Source: Selaginella moellendorffii
Lineage: Eukaryota > Plantae > Lycopodiophyta
Length of the DNA stretch: 64,000 nucleotides
Direction: 5' to 3'
Assembly (NCBI RefSeq): GCF_000143415.4
Contig: NW_003314332.1
Span: 372,001-436,000 of the forward strand
Position numbers and translations under genes: made by a program. This document shows positions 27,337-40,700 of the stretch, piece after piece (position 1 is the stretch's first letter; each line of letters starts with the position of its first letter). The notes beneath the pieces are model-generated. The model was not told the origin of the DNA. It saw nothing but the letters and a program-made list of their open reading frames with translations, and ran no database searches.

Positions 27337-30027
27337 ATGGAGCAGCGGGCCCATCAGCCGAGGGCAATCGGTGACTACATCACCAGCCAGGAGATTGGAG
27401 CAGGGTCTTTTGCGGTGGTGTGGAAGGCGCGGCACAAAATCACAGGGCATGAGGTCGCGATCAAGGAGATTGGCACTGAGAAGCTCAATAAGAAGCTCCA
27501 GGAGAGCCTCCTGTCGGAGATCTCCATCCTCAAGAAGGCGAATCATCCAAATATCATCCGCTTGCATGCTATTGTCGAGGTACTGTTTGAGCGCTTGTGT
27601 GAGGGATTTTTCTTCCTTTTTCGCTGTGAATGAATGGCATGGATTCGCAGGCTCCCGATCGCATCTATCTAATTTTGGAGTACTGCGCTGGTGGAGATTT
27701 GGCTGGCTACATTCATCGCCATGGCAAAGTTGGTGAATCGGCTGCCAGGAATATCATGCAACAGCTTGGTATGTGGAAGAATTCCTAGTTCTAACGAGGG
27801 AATCTAAAGGTTTTGATGGATAGGTTCTGGCCTCCAAGTTCTTCGGAAGAACAACTTGATCCACAGAGACTTAAAGCCTCAGGTATGCTTTCAAGAGTCC
27901 AGTTCTTCGCCACTGTTTTACTTCTTTGATTGAGGACAGAACTTACTGCTATCAACAAACGATCACAATGCTGTTCTCAAGATTGCTGACTTTGGATTTG
28001 CGCGGTATAGCTCTCCCTTCCTTGCTCCATGTTTCTATATCTTGTTTCTTTGCTTGCAGGTCACTGCAACCTCAAGGTATGGCGGAGACGCTTTGTGGCT
28101 CACCTTTGTACATGGCTCCGGAGATCTTACATTGTCAAAAATATGATGCAAAGGTACGTGTCTATGTCGTGTAGAGGCTGCTTTGCTCACCAGCCATTCC
28201 TTGTACAGGCTGACTTATGGAGCGTTGGGGCTATCCTCTATCAGCTTGTTCTCGGAAGGCCGCCATTTTCCGGAAATAATCATGTCCAGGTAGGTAAGCT
28301 ATAATCCTTGAAGCAAAGTCTTAACTTTCGTTGTTTCTTCGTGTTATAGCTTTTGCAAAACATAACAAAGAATGAGGTCCAGTTCCCTCATGCAGCTCAG
28401 CTTCATCCTGATTGCATTGATATGTGCCGTAAATTGCTTCGACGGAATCCAGGTTGGCATCTCAATGTAGAATTTCTTTGCCTGACACACCTTTGTGTGT
28501 GTAGTTGAGCGTCTTTCGTTTGAGGAGTTCTTTAACCATCCCTTTATGAGGTAAGAAGTTAGTTGGATTTCCTCAAGTGCTTGAAATTTCTGTCTGTTCC
28601 CGTAGGCCAAGCTCGTTGAGGCCGTTTCATAAAGCCACTCATACGGACGTGGACTCCTTGGATTCTCATCAGGAAGATTGTTTCCCTTTCCTGATTGATG
28701 AGGAACCGCAAGGCACAATCGATATTCCTGTAAAGCAGCCACCGCAAACTCGAATCACAGGCGTGAAGCTATCAAATTCACCTCCTAATCTGTTCAAGGA
28801 GCAACGAGGCATTCCAGATCATGAAGAAACTGGGAAGGTTTATCATATGGCAGAGGCTGAGGCTTGCCAGGACGCTGAAGGATCCAGTTCTCCAAGAACA
28901 GGTGCTTATGTTTTTTAATTTCCTTTCTCCAAGCTCATTGTTTTATCTTTCCCTTCCGTTTTTTTTTTTTTTTTTTCAGTGGTGGATTCAATGGAGTATA
29001 TAGAGCGAGACTATGTGGTAGTAAAACGGTTCACTTCACCAGAAGCACTGTCGCTAACATTCAGTGCCTCTCCGAATGACCAGCATGGAAGCAAAGGAGG
29101 ATCACCTCATAAGAACTTTACAAAGTCTTCATCGCCAGTTCTACATGCTCCTCTTTCCGGTGGTGCTGGCAGTCGAGGTTCCACACCACCAGGTTTGTCT
29201 GAAGGATACCATCATCCTGATTCTGGCGACACGCTTGAAGCACCATCTCCTCACCCCGCAACGAGGATATCTTCGCTGCAGTGTTGTGCTCGCTTGGTGG
29301 CCGAGCTAGCCACAGATAAGGTTCGTTTATACTTGTTTTACTTTTTGGTGTGGAGCCCCTGGTTTTGCAGTTCAACTCTGGCCATCCTTTGGAATCACTC
29401 TCTGTGCATTTGATATGCCTTGCGATTTGGAAGGAAGCGTTGCAAGTGTGCCATGCCTGGGCAGCACCGGCAACTGGTCCCCGAGGCTTGGGAATGCCCA
29501 GAGATCAAGAAGGCGCTGCCACTTGCACGCAAGTAGAACACGAGTTTTCTCTCGCAGTTGATCGAGGTGATGGTTATGCTGCTCACTTGCGAAGCATGGA
29601 CGGTAAGCGATCCAGACACTATATCTCGTTTTCATTCCAACTTACTCTTTCGATTCTCCAGGGAGCGTGGAGATGCCAGACGCAGTCGAGATCATCTTCC
29701 AGGCAGCCCTGACAGTCGGCCGAGCTGGAGCGGTAAGCTCTCAAGTTTCCAAGTTTCTTCCAAAGATTTAGAGCTTTCTCTCACAATCTCGCTTTCTCAC
29801 AGGTGGAAGAGCTCATGGGAAACGTAGCAAACGCAAGCGTGGCTTATGGAAAAGCCGTGACTTTCCTCTACTTCCTACTCGTGGAGGGCCCTTGTTTGCA
29901 GCTAAATCCACCCCTGGCACTGACGCTCGGGGACAGGCAACGATTAAAACGCTACGCTGATATGATAAATGCGCGACTAAAAACGTGTACAGCACAAAGG
30001 GACCTCCCACAAGCTGGGAGAAGTTAA
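27337..30027 (+). CDS. ATG1: Autophagy serine/threonine kinase ATG1, multi-exon
   Basis: IGAGSFAVVWKARH, ESLLSEISIL, HRDLKPQN, KIADFGFA, ETLCGSPLYMAPE, AIM-like DYVVV and C-terminal EMPDAVEIIFQAAL region. Confidence 0.94.
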
Positions 30028-30280
30028 AAAGAGTGAAGAACAAATCACGGGCCACAGCACGGTGGTGGTAATGTATAGAGACGTACCATGTAATGTAAAT
30101 AGTAATAATCCACGATAAGCTAACGGCTTTGTTGTGAGCCGTTGAAATCTCAGATGTGGCATCGACGGTGGAGGAGCTATTTTTGGGGTGGGACGGGCTG
30201 ACGTGCGGAAGACGGGCCGTCGTTGACGGACGTCACATAGACTTACGGCCGAGGGGAAAAACATTTTGGAGGTCTCGGCT

Positions 30281-33200
30281 ATGGCGGAGGACGCTGCCGA
30301 GAGGCGCATGGAGCGGCCGCTATTCGGAGTCTCGCCCCCGACGCCTACTGCGAGGTGAGCAATCGAAATCTTTCCTCCAATGTGTATCGCGGTAGCGCCG
30401 TCGCTCGCCGTGATTCTGGCGCTGGCAGCTGTGCTGTGCGAGTAGCTTGCGAGGGGATGTGATCTTCGGGGTTGTAGGGGTTTAGCGGCATCGCATTGGA
30501 TGGCCATTGCTCTAATTTCTCTCCTCCTTGCAGCTCCGCGGGTCCAACCCTTGCCGTCCAGGGAAATTATGCGAGCATAGATTGGCATGGCCTAGCCCAG
30601 AAGAGGCCAGCGATTTCAGGTACCAGTGCTGGGCCGCCTCGCCCTGCTGTTAGCACAAGCACCGCAGCCGTGTCTGGATCGAGCTCTCACAGGCACCTCT
30701 GTAGGCCATGGGACTGTGGGGATTTACTGAGGCGTCTATCCACGTTTAGAACCAGCAACTGGAATGCCCAGGTAAGGAGTTTAGTTTTTTTTTCTGTGCT
30801 TTCTCTTTGCTTTTCCTGTTCTTAGAATCCTTGACAGCTTGAGCATAGATAGATTTACTTGGAAAAGTTCTTACTGCTCGAGGAAAAGCTAATACCCTCT
30901 CGTTTTGGGATTTCCTAGGTGATCGGTCCGGCCGTTTGCGCAAGGAAAGGCTGGGTCAATGTTGACGTTGATATGATCGCGTGTGAGGGGTGTGACACGC
31001 ATCTCAGCTTCGCATTACCACTGCAGACTGAAGGTACTAGCAATCAATTGTCAAACATGCTTGAATCGGCGCTTCGTACGTTGTAGTTGAAGCTGCCTCA
31101 GAATCGTTTCGGAAGCAGCTGGAAACCAGCCATCAGAGGTCTTGTCCATGGAAGGGGAATGCGTGCTCCGAGTCCCTGGCACAATTCCCAAGCTCTGCTA
31201 TGGCTTTGATTGGTGGTTACAATGATCGGTGTGACGCGCTGCTTCAACTTCCTAGTCTTCCGGTTGTCTCAACTTTTGCAGTTGATCAGATGAGGCTGTC
31301 CAGAGGTCCTCAGATTGAGCGCCTGCTTTCACTGCCTGCCATGCATTTCCCGGAAAGAAATGGAGCGGGACCATTGACAGATGACTTTGTCAAGGTACAG
31401 TGGATAGTTTTTCTACAGTGTCCGGATTGTCACTAACAAATCATGGGCTTTCCATCTGCAGGCACAGAGGATCATAAGCTTTTGTGGCTGGGAAGCTCGG
31501 TTGCTCCCACACGCTGGAGATCTCGAAGACTACTCAGCCCACTCTTCACGAAAGCCTAACAAGGCTTCTGCGTCCCTCAAGCGGGCGAAGCGGACCATGC
31601 CAAGATCTGATAAAGAAGGTGACAGCAGGGGAGCCAGACAGACCGCTTCGACGCTCTTGGAATGTGTCTACTGCGGAGCCAGCGTTCCTATTTTACGCTT
31701 TCAGACAGTTGCTCGTCCGGGTGGCGGAAGTACAGGTTCCGAGTATCCATCGTCGGACAACAAAAGTCTTCCCCTAGTTCGAGGAGCCAGCGCAGCGAGT
31801 AGCATCGACATTTACAAGAGAAGGCAGCGGTTGGAAGGTGGTGAAGCTGGCGAAGCGACAGAGCAGAAGCCACCATCGCTGAGTATCACAGCAGCAAGGG
31901 CCTCGCCAACCAACTTGAATGTCACTCCTGTAGCACGACCAGAACAGCAGCCGGAGGGAAGTGAGATGGGAGATTGCGGTGTAGCATCTTACGAGTCGAG
32001 AGGGCCACGGGATGATCACCAGGGAACAGCAGCTCAGGGTGACAGTTCCACGTACGTGCCACAGCTCAGGGCTGAGAGCGCTGGGGGTACGAATGGAGAT
32101 TTTGACAATGAAGACGAGGGAAAGAACGCTGCCGAATCCTCAAAACGCAAGCGCGTGCCAGAGAGCCTAGCAGCTGATCAGCACTCTCTTGGAATGGCTG
32201 TCAGTGGCAACGCTGCTACGTGCGAGCAGGAAGGCGAGACCGAAGACCGGAAGAACAAGAAGGTCTGCATTGGGCCGGCAACCGCCATTGAACGGACTGT
32301 TAGCCTTGAAGTCCCTGACAACACTTACAACAGGAGTGCGAGAAGCTTGCCAGTACGTCAGGAGAACCTGCGAAGAAGAGTCACCAGAGAGTATCCATGC
32401 TCGTCGTCCGTGAATGCCATAGATACCTGCTTCCAGAACAAGATGGAAGACTCTATGGACAGCGTGGAGTTCGCTCCCCAGGATGATGCCCAGCAGCACA
32501 CTGCTGCAAGTGGATATACAGAGAACGAGTGGCTGTTTGACGAGCCCAACAGTACTGTTCAAGGACAACAGAGCAACTCTTATGCGCCGGCGGCTATCCA
32601 AGAACAGGCGACCGGGGAAACTAATGCTGCTGTTATCAGCACTGGCACTGCTACTGGATGCGGTGGAAGCGTCGGTATGGCAGGCATTCGACTCGGCAGT
32701 CAGAGGGTTCAGAGCAACGAGGCTGATATTCAAGGAGCGGAGTTATCTGAACTTCAGACCGAGAGTGTCGCGGGAGAACCAGCTGACGCCGTGGTAGACG
32801 CAGTAGTGGATCAAGGTGACCCTGGCCTCGTTTGCGACTCAACGCCTCTAACAGCAGCCCAGGACTGTGCCGGTGGTGGGGACGAGTCAGGGGAAAGTGG
32901 CTCCAAAGCGAGCCTAAGGCCACGCAATGGGTTTTCAGAAGAGCGAACCATAGACACGACAAATGCCGTGGTGACTGGGTGCTCCATAGGAACTATAGCG
33001 AAAGAGATGACGGAGGGGTCCGTGGAGGTGGCAGCAGTCGGTGATAACGTTCGAGCCGTCAATGTTAACAGTGCTCCAACAGGTACTTACCATTTCCTTT
33101 GATTGACTGACTTGTTTCTGAATGGAAACTCTGGAACAGTGAAAGAAGCCGAAGACACGCTTTTCGATCCGATTCGTTGCCATCGGAGCTTCTGTCCTTG

Positions 33201-33503
33201 GGTGAACGGCCTCGTTTTATCGGCTGCGAATGGCACGTTTGGCCCGGGGCCTGTTTACTGCGGGTGGCAGCTAACTGTGGATGCCTTGGATGCTTTTCAC
33301 CAGCAGGAGAACGCCTCTGCCGGAGTGACCGAGTCGGAATCTACAGCCTCGATGTGCAAGGTAAAGAAGAATGAAAAGTTTCTACTCGTGAGATTACTTA
33401 ACTCTGTATGGTTTTGTTTCAGGATGATGGCCGTGGACGAATTTTTGCTCAGGGAAGCTCATCGCAGCCTTGCAACGGGAGTAGCAGGCTGGAGCCCAAT
33501 TGA
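30281..33503 (+). CDS. C3HC zinc-finger (NIPA/ZC3HC1/Rsm1-like) protein, multi-exon
   Basis: CRPWDCGDLLRRLSTF, CARKGWVNVD.D.IACEGC, HQRSCPWKGNAC, LCGWE, LECVYCGA, FDPIRCHRSFCPWVNG and CGWQLT. Confidence 0.9.
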
Positions 33504-33710
33504 TGGCTTGAAGTTGTGAATCACACTAAGTGGTAACTCTCTTACCAGTAAAGTTCCATTGGATCATTATCTACTTTTTAGAAGAGCATTGGTGCTGATT
33601 GTTCATACATGTAGTTGATTTGTTTTTAACACACTTGATTGAGGAGAGCAACTACTGCATCACAAACAAACATTCTTTTTTATTCTCTCTTTTACTAGCT
33701 CAGAGACAGA

Positions 33711-34824
33711 CTAGAGTTTGGCAGTAGCAGTTTCCAAGCGAGCATTGACAGTGTCCCAGTTGACAAGCTCTCTCAGGAACGTCTCCACGTAATCTGGGCG
33801 GCGGTTCTGTAATCAAATCATGGTCAGCTTCTTACTTTGATCGGTTGTTGCTAAAGCTAACCTGGAAATCCAGATAGTACGCGTGCTGGAGAAGAAAGAA
33901 GATGATAAGAAGCGAAGAAAACGAAGAGAAAGCTTACCTCCCAGACGTCGAGGACGAGCAGTGGCTGCAAGGTCACGGCCATTAGAACTGGACAAGATCG
34001 AGAGAGGGAGGGAAAGAGAGCAAACTTACAGTCTCCCCGGACACGAGTGGATTCACCGCGTTGGCTGTTTTCTGGACGATCAGCTTCCCGTCCTTGACTG
34101 CAAGCAAGAGGGACGAGATTGTTTGCGTGGAGGAGAGAGAAGATCGAGCTTACGGGAGAGCCAGGCCCATCCGGATCCAAACTGTGTAGTGGCGGCGGTT
34201 TTAAACTCCTTGACGAAGTTGTCGTAGGAGCCGAGGTCCCGGTTGATCAAGCCGGAGATATCGCCACTGGGAGCCTTGCCCCCTTTGGCTGTCATGGAGT
34301 GGAAGAAGAAGTCGTGGTTCCATGCCTGCCAAAGAGACAATTGTGAGAGATCTCTTCTCGAGACAATGGAGAAAGAACTAAGCTATAGACCTGCGCGGCA
34401 TTGTTGAAAGATGGCTGGGCGTTTCCACCGCCATAAGTTTTGGTGATGATGTCTTCCAGCTTGAGGCTCTCGAGCTCCGTCCCAGAGATTTGCTTGTTGA
34501 GGTTGTCAATGTATGCGCGCTGGTGCTTCCCCCAGTGGAACTCCAGCGTCGTCTTGCTCATGAATGGCTCCAGCGCATTCTAGAACACACAGCCGAGAAA
34601 AGAAAGGAGGAAATCCAATCGATCGCAATCGCGCAGCGCGTTACCATCTCGTAGGGGAGCGGCGGGAGCTCGAATTTGGCAACCACGGCAGACATTCTTC
34701 CCGACGATCTCGCCCTCCTTCTGCTCCTCACTGCGATCGCTCTCCCTGTGATCGATCCCAGCGATGGCGATGGCGGCGAGCGCGTGTGTGGCACAACCCC
34801 TAGGCCTATCGCTGCCTGCGCCAT
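33711..34824 (-). CDS. FSD: Chloroplast iron superoxide dismutase, multi-exon
   Basis: Transit peptide, then [59 protein letters not shown]. Confidence 0.95.
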
Positions 34825-34840
34825 ATCTTCCACGAGCAAT

Positions 34841-34906
34841 GTACTACCTATGTACTAGCAAGAAATTTTCTATTTACACGCAGCGTACTTCAAAAATGGT
34901 AGTACT
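34841..34906. promoter_or_regulatory. Cluster of four GTACT copper-response (SBP/SPL7-type) cores upstream of FeSOD
   Basis: GTAC at 34841, 34852, 34885 and 34902, all within about 80 bp of the FeSOD ATG. Confidence 0.7.
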
Positions 34907-35055
34907 ACTTCTATCCAACGGCTGCAAATGGACGGCAGCGATGTGCCCTAAATTTAAGCCCTTTCCTTAAAACTGGATAGCATATTCGCATCTCGTGCCT
35001 TTTTCTAGGGTTCTTGGTGTGGGCAAAAGGGTAAATTGCTATTTAGGGTTCCGCG

Positions 35056-35681
35056 ATGCCGGGAGGGAACGTCGATGCGACTCTGTATGTGAGTAAGTGA
35101 AGCGCTGGGCATTGGAAGATGGTCTCTAAGATTTGCTTTTGTAGGTAATCTGGATGATCGAGTGGACGAGCGAGTGCTGTATGATATAATGGTGCAAGCG
35201 GGACCTCTGGTAGAAGTTTACATTCCCAGAGATAAAGAGACTAAACGCCACAGAGGGTATGGATTTGCAGAGTATGAGAGTGAGGAGAGCGCAAGCTACG
35301 CGCTCAGGCTTTTCTCTGGGCTCGTCACACTGCACAACCGGCCTGTGAATTTCGCGGTATGGGAAAAGAGGATATTTTTTTGGTTCCTCGATTGATGAAT
35401 TTCTTGCAGTTCTCTGGGGGTGCGAAGAAAGTACCACAGCAGCAGCAGCAGCAACAATCAAGCTTGTTCGATCCAACACTGGATCAAACACCTCCCAGCA
35501 GCAAGTTTGAGAGATTTCTATCGGCTTCTTCGTCGTCAGACAGAGGTGAGTTTCGTGAAATGGTCTTGAGTGTGTCTAATCGTTTTGGTTTCTAGAGTCG
35601 TATTATTCAGGCCAGCACCGCTCCTCGCGTTATAGTTCCCGAGTTGCGATGCTTGTCCAAAGAACTAACCACAGGCGCTAG
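35056..35681 (+). CDS. Single-RRM RNA-binding protein (SF3B4/RBM7-like), 4 exons
   Basis: DATLY/VGNLDDRVDERVLYDIMVQAGP (RNP2) and HRGYGFAEY (RNP1); short introns. Confidence 0.88.
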
Positions 35682-35876
35682 TAACTATAATGATTGTTAT
35701 GTTAGTACCATTGACTTCCAACACTTAGTCTGCATATCAACCACAACGTAAATACTTCTCACCTCAAAATTACATTGTAAAGGACAATCTTCTTACTCTT
35801 GGAAATATTGCCAGTGGAAATACTAAGTCATGAACTTTACAACTTTTGTTGGAGAGAGCAATTGACGAAGTGGTGA

Positions 35877-36931
35877 ATGGTTCCAGAAAGCTTTTGCTCA
35901 AACAACGCGTACTTCTTTCTCGAGACTCGTCCACTCTTGATGGCCAAGTTTCAATCTAAGCTTCACGACGAAGGTGAAGAACCTCATACAAGCAATCAAA
36001 AGGGACATCTTTCCATTTCCAGATCCGAAAGTTATCATGGAGTTTTCTTCCTCGTTTATCATTCTCAATTCCAGGGCTTGTTTGTGTTCGACACCAACAA
36101 GGAGGCGTGGAGCGAATGGCCAATGTGCCACACTCACAACCAGTTGGAGCTCTCTTGCCCCTGTTCTCGCTTGCTCTGCTTCACCAATGGCTCAGGCATC
36201 CATGTCCATCACACACAAACAAACCAGCGGGAGGAGCTAGCAAAAATTACTGGTTGTATCAGGAGAGCTACTTCAATATCTGGCACTGCTCCTTGTCCCC
36301 GGATAATCAGAGCTTGGAGCAAGTGGTATACAACGAAGCAAAGCGCGAGGTGATTCTTTACGACTCGGGCGATGGAGCTCTAGAGGCTCACAAGAGCAAA
36401 CTCGATAGCAAGGAGTTGGAGCTCTTGAGCGATGTCTGTCTTGATCGGAACAACAACAAAGCCTACCACCTCTACTGTTGTGGCGAGTTGGCCACTTACG
36501 ATCTGGAAAGCCACGAGTTGTCCTCCAAGTTGGAGATCCTGGAAGGTTATGTCTCCGATGCTTCTCTCGACTTAAACATATCAGTGGTGGCGTGCAAGAA
36601 CAACGCATTCATGGTGGGCTATCTGCTAGTGGAATGTGGTAAATACGATCACATTGGTATATGGAAGCTTGACATGGAGGGCAAGAGATGGGAGCTTGTT
36701 TCTAAAGTTCCACACTCCGATGGGTACGTAGAAGATGAGGAGGGCAACGGGAGTTATGACGAGGATGTGATAGCGTACCGGATTACTCGTTGCTGCAGCG
36801 ATGGAGTTGACAAGATCTGGATTAGGTCATGTGGATGTATAGTGTGGATGCCGACACACGGAGAAAGCTTCCAATCTATTCACAGGCTAAAAAGGCTTGA
36901 CATTGTAATAAATTGCATTTCTTTCCTTTGA
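35877..36931 (+). pseudogene. Frameshifted F-box-associated/kelch-like beta-propeller gene
   Basis: Overlapping ORFs 35877-36353 and 36107-36931 with LFVFDTNKEAWSEWP, LATYDLE and IGIWKLDMEGKRWELVSKVP, typical of plant F-box C-termini. No F-box motif seen. Confidence 0.4.
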
Positions 36932-36985
36932 GCTCGATAAAGCTGTTTCTACATCTTTCCCGTTGACCAAATATCCTGTTAGTAC

Positions 36986-37167
36986 GAGTAAGTGAAGCGC
37001 TGGGCTTTGGAAATGATCTTGTGGTGTTTTTCTTGGAAGTAATCTGGATGATCGAGTGAACGAGCTCAAATGGTGCAAATTTCTGGTAGAAGTTCACATT
37101 CCCAGAGACAAAGAGACTAAACGCCACAGAGGGTATGAGAGTATGAGAGTGAGGAGAGCGTGAAGCT
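36986..37167 (+). pseudogene. Partial decayed duplicate of the RRM gene (intron 1 and exon 2)
   Basis: GAGTAAGTGAAGCGCTGGGC..AATCTGGATGATCGAGTG..CATTCCCAGAGA.AAAGAGACTAAACGCCACAGAGGGTATG copies ~35091-35297 with deletions. Confidence 0.9.
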
Positions 37168-37749
37168 TGTGGTATGCCACGTGGCACTTAGGGGGTTTCA
37201 TTTCTCGATTGTGGTATCCGAGCAACCACAGCAATGCTGCAAAGATGAAGCAGAGAGCCCAAGGAGAATCTCCAATAGGATCAGGATTAGGAGATTGTCT
37301 GGGGTGAATGTTTTTCACAAGGTATTTAAACTAGCAATTGGCTTCTTAGTGATTCACTTTTTTCAAGTGGGTGCTGTTTTTATTTGGATATAGACTTGGT
37401 TCTCATGGTGTGCAATTTGTAAGAGGGTAAAAAATAAAGTCACAACAATATGGTGTCCATCTGGCAGTTTTCTATGGGTTTAGCATTAAATGTCAATCCC
37501 ATTGCAATGGATACCCCATGAATGTTAGCTTAATGGGTGGATGATGTCCTTATAATATGAACATTATGTTATACCTTTGTGCATAGATCCCACATAATTT
37601 TATGCTTCCTCAAGGGTAATTTTCATCGTACTCAAGATGGCAAATTACCAAAGTTTTTACGAAGTACTCTTCAGATGAATTTAGCTTAAGACAACTAACA
37701 TCATCATATATTGGTGAAAGAACACATAAAGAGCATCAAGAAACCTTTT

Positions 37750-40700
37750 GAATCTCCACAAATAATTAACCATTATTGAATAGTATGATTGAAATGAAGG
37801 TTTTGATGAACTAAGTCATCTTGAAGAACAGTACACACTACACAACAAATCCTAATACTTAATAAAACAACCTTAAAAGCAAATTCCCGAGTCAAAAAAG
37901 CTTGACACCCATTGACATATCAATAAACATCAAGAAACAATGAAATTGACTAGGAATCAAACTTGAACAACTCCAATTGATTCACTAATAAATTAATCTC
38001 AAATCTTGAAGCACTTCGACAAGAAGGAACTCGACTCACATCAACCCTTAACCTTGAAGAGCCAACTGAAGAAATCAACTTAAGAACTGAAGATAAACCA
38101 AAGAAACTTTACATCGCCAAAAACCTTGATATTGACTTCAAGGCAAAAGAAATTAATCTTTTCGATAGGTACAAAGATGTTTTTGCTTAGTTATATACAG
38201 ATTTGCAAGGAATTCCTCCCAAGATTTGCATGCACCAAATCAAGCTTTTACCTCAAACTATGCCAAGAAAGAAAGCAACTTGTCAAATGAACCCCAACAT
38301 GCAAACAAAAGTTAAAGAAGAATTCAATATGTTCGAAAACACTGGCTTCATCTACCCTATTCAAAATCCAAAATAACTATCACCACTAGTCATTATCCCC
38401 AAGAAAAAGCAGCAAACTTAGAGTCTATGTCAACTATAAAAAGCTTAACAATGCAACCTAAAATGACACTTTCCTGATTCCATTCTCTAACAAAATTCTC
38501 AATGTAATAGTTGGACACAAAATTTACTCATTTCTTGATAGCTTTAGCAGCTACAATCAAGCTTATATTGCATCTGAAGATCAACACAAGATAGCTTTCA
38601 TTAGTCCTTGGGGTGCTTATACTTATTTATAGATGCCTTTTGGTCTTTCTAACACATTATTTACTTTCCAAAGAATCATTGCTAAGACATTTTGAGATTA
38701 TCTCACTAACTTTATGCAAGTTTTTATGGATGACTTTAGCATCTTTAGCAGCAAAGAACCAACACCGGTGAGTCTAGAGAGTGCAAATCTTCTCTTCGAG
38801 TGCAACCCAACATAGGAGAGGACAAGGGCACTTAACAACTAGCTACACAAGGTCAGCCTCTATGAGTTCTCCCGCATTATGGAGAAAGACTACAAGATCA
38901 ACATTACCAAGATGATGCTTCTGGCTTTTCAACAAGAGATGGTGTGTGCCAAAGAACATAAATATATCTTCACTACAGGCTATATCACATGGGTATTCAA
39001 GCTTCCAATCGGCAGAAAGAAAGTCTCATCTGTGTCACACACAAAAGGGATGCCACCAGGATGCATCAAGATCATCAGGAATTACACCTCCAGAAGCTCA
39101 CTTCAAATGAGCAATATCACCAACAAGGCAAAGCCAAGGCTTAAGTTCCTCATCTCAACTCCTGAAATATGCAAGTCAAGTAGCTTCGCTAGCAAAGCCA
39201 TCGCAATCCTCTACAATGACTTGCAACACAAAATCAAAGTGGACATTGCAGGCTACCTCCATAAAAAACTCATTAAGGAAATTCACTTAAGACATTGACA
39301 TCTCTAAAGGGGAGGGTAGGGGTTATTAGTCAATTAGTCAATAGTCAATGAGGACATTGACATCTCTAAAGGGGGGTGGCTACAAAAAATGATTCACAAT
39401 GGCCAGAAATGTAAAACTCTCGCACTCCTCTACATCATTACACTTGTGCCAATTCTCGACATAGCATTTCCACTCAGCATGAAAGTACCTTCAACAACAC
39501 TGCAAGCAAGAATGTGTGTTGAAGAGGAGGGAGGATCTGCTCCACAAATCTGATGAAGAAGACAAAGAGAACAAAGAAGAAGAGGACGAGAAGGAGCTCT
39601 CGCCACCAACAACAACTCCACCAGCAAAAAGGAGCAAGATAACAATAGTCTTGCCTCCAAAGAACAAGACAAAATCAACCCTAAGCCAAATCAAAAGTAT
39701 TCTCTCCAAGGAAGAACTGGAAGAGAAGAGTTAGGTGTAAGGAACCGACTCCCCGAGATGTCGTAGGCTAAAGGATCCCCAAAAGCTTGACCGAAATGAC
39801 AAAGAGTTTATCGGATGGGACCAAGTCGAGGATCGAGTCCAAGACCGACTCTAGGACCGAGTTCGAGATAGAGTCCGGAATAGAGTCCGAGACCGACTCG
39901 GGGACCGAGTTCGAGTCCGAGTTCGAGACCGAGTTCGAGACGGAGTCCGAGATCCGAAATCGGGTCCGAGACCGAGTCCGAGGTCGAGTCCGAGGTCGGG
40001 TCCGAGATCGGGTCCGAGATCGAGTCCGTGATCGAGTCCGAACCTGAATCCGAAGTCGGATCCGAAATCGGGTCCGAGATCGAGCTAGAGACTAAGTCCA
40101 AATACTAATACGGGTCAAGGGGTGAAAGCCCAAAGCGTGCGTCTCCCAGGGGGGGGGGGGCTGCAGGGGGTTCCAAAAGTATAGTAGGGATAGTGAGGTC
40201 CAGGAACCAGTTTTGAAGGGACTCTCCAGTTGGGCTTCCAAACCGACTTGAGGTTGGGACTGGGACCGAGGGGCCTTGGGTGGGAGTGAGCATGGACTTG
40301 GCTGGTGCCGGAGGGGCCATCCAAGGAAGTGCTCAAGAGCAGCTCCCACTCCCGAAAGGGAAACCGATTGCGGTGCTCCCGGCTCATGTGGAGTGGTGCC
40401 CCACTTGAGTACCATGCGGCTCATTGGTCCTCGCCCTTCCTAGGGGCTTGGGCCTTCCTTCGGGATGGAAGTGGGGGGCGAGAGGTACCCATACCGGGCC
40501 GCTAGGCCACGGTGTTTTGCCCCGGCGTCCCGAAGCAAGTGTTGCCCTCAAGACTTGGGATTTAGAGGGTCCCATGATCAAGTCTTGTGGTACCAAGGGA
40601 TGTTAGGAACCTGGAAGCTTGGTGTGCTTGGCTGCTTGTGCTTGCGGGGAGTGTAGCCGAACCTTAAGTCCAGTCTAACCCGGGGAGGGGGATTGAGAGT

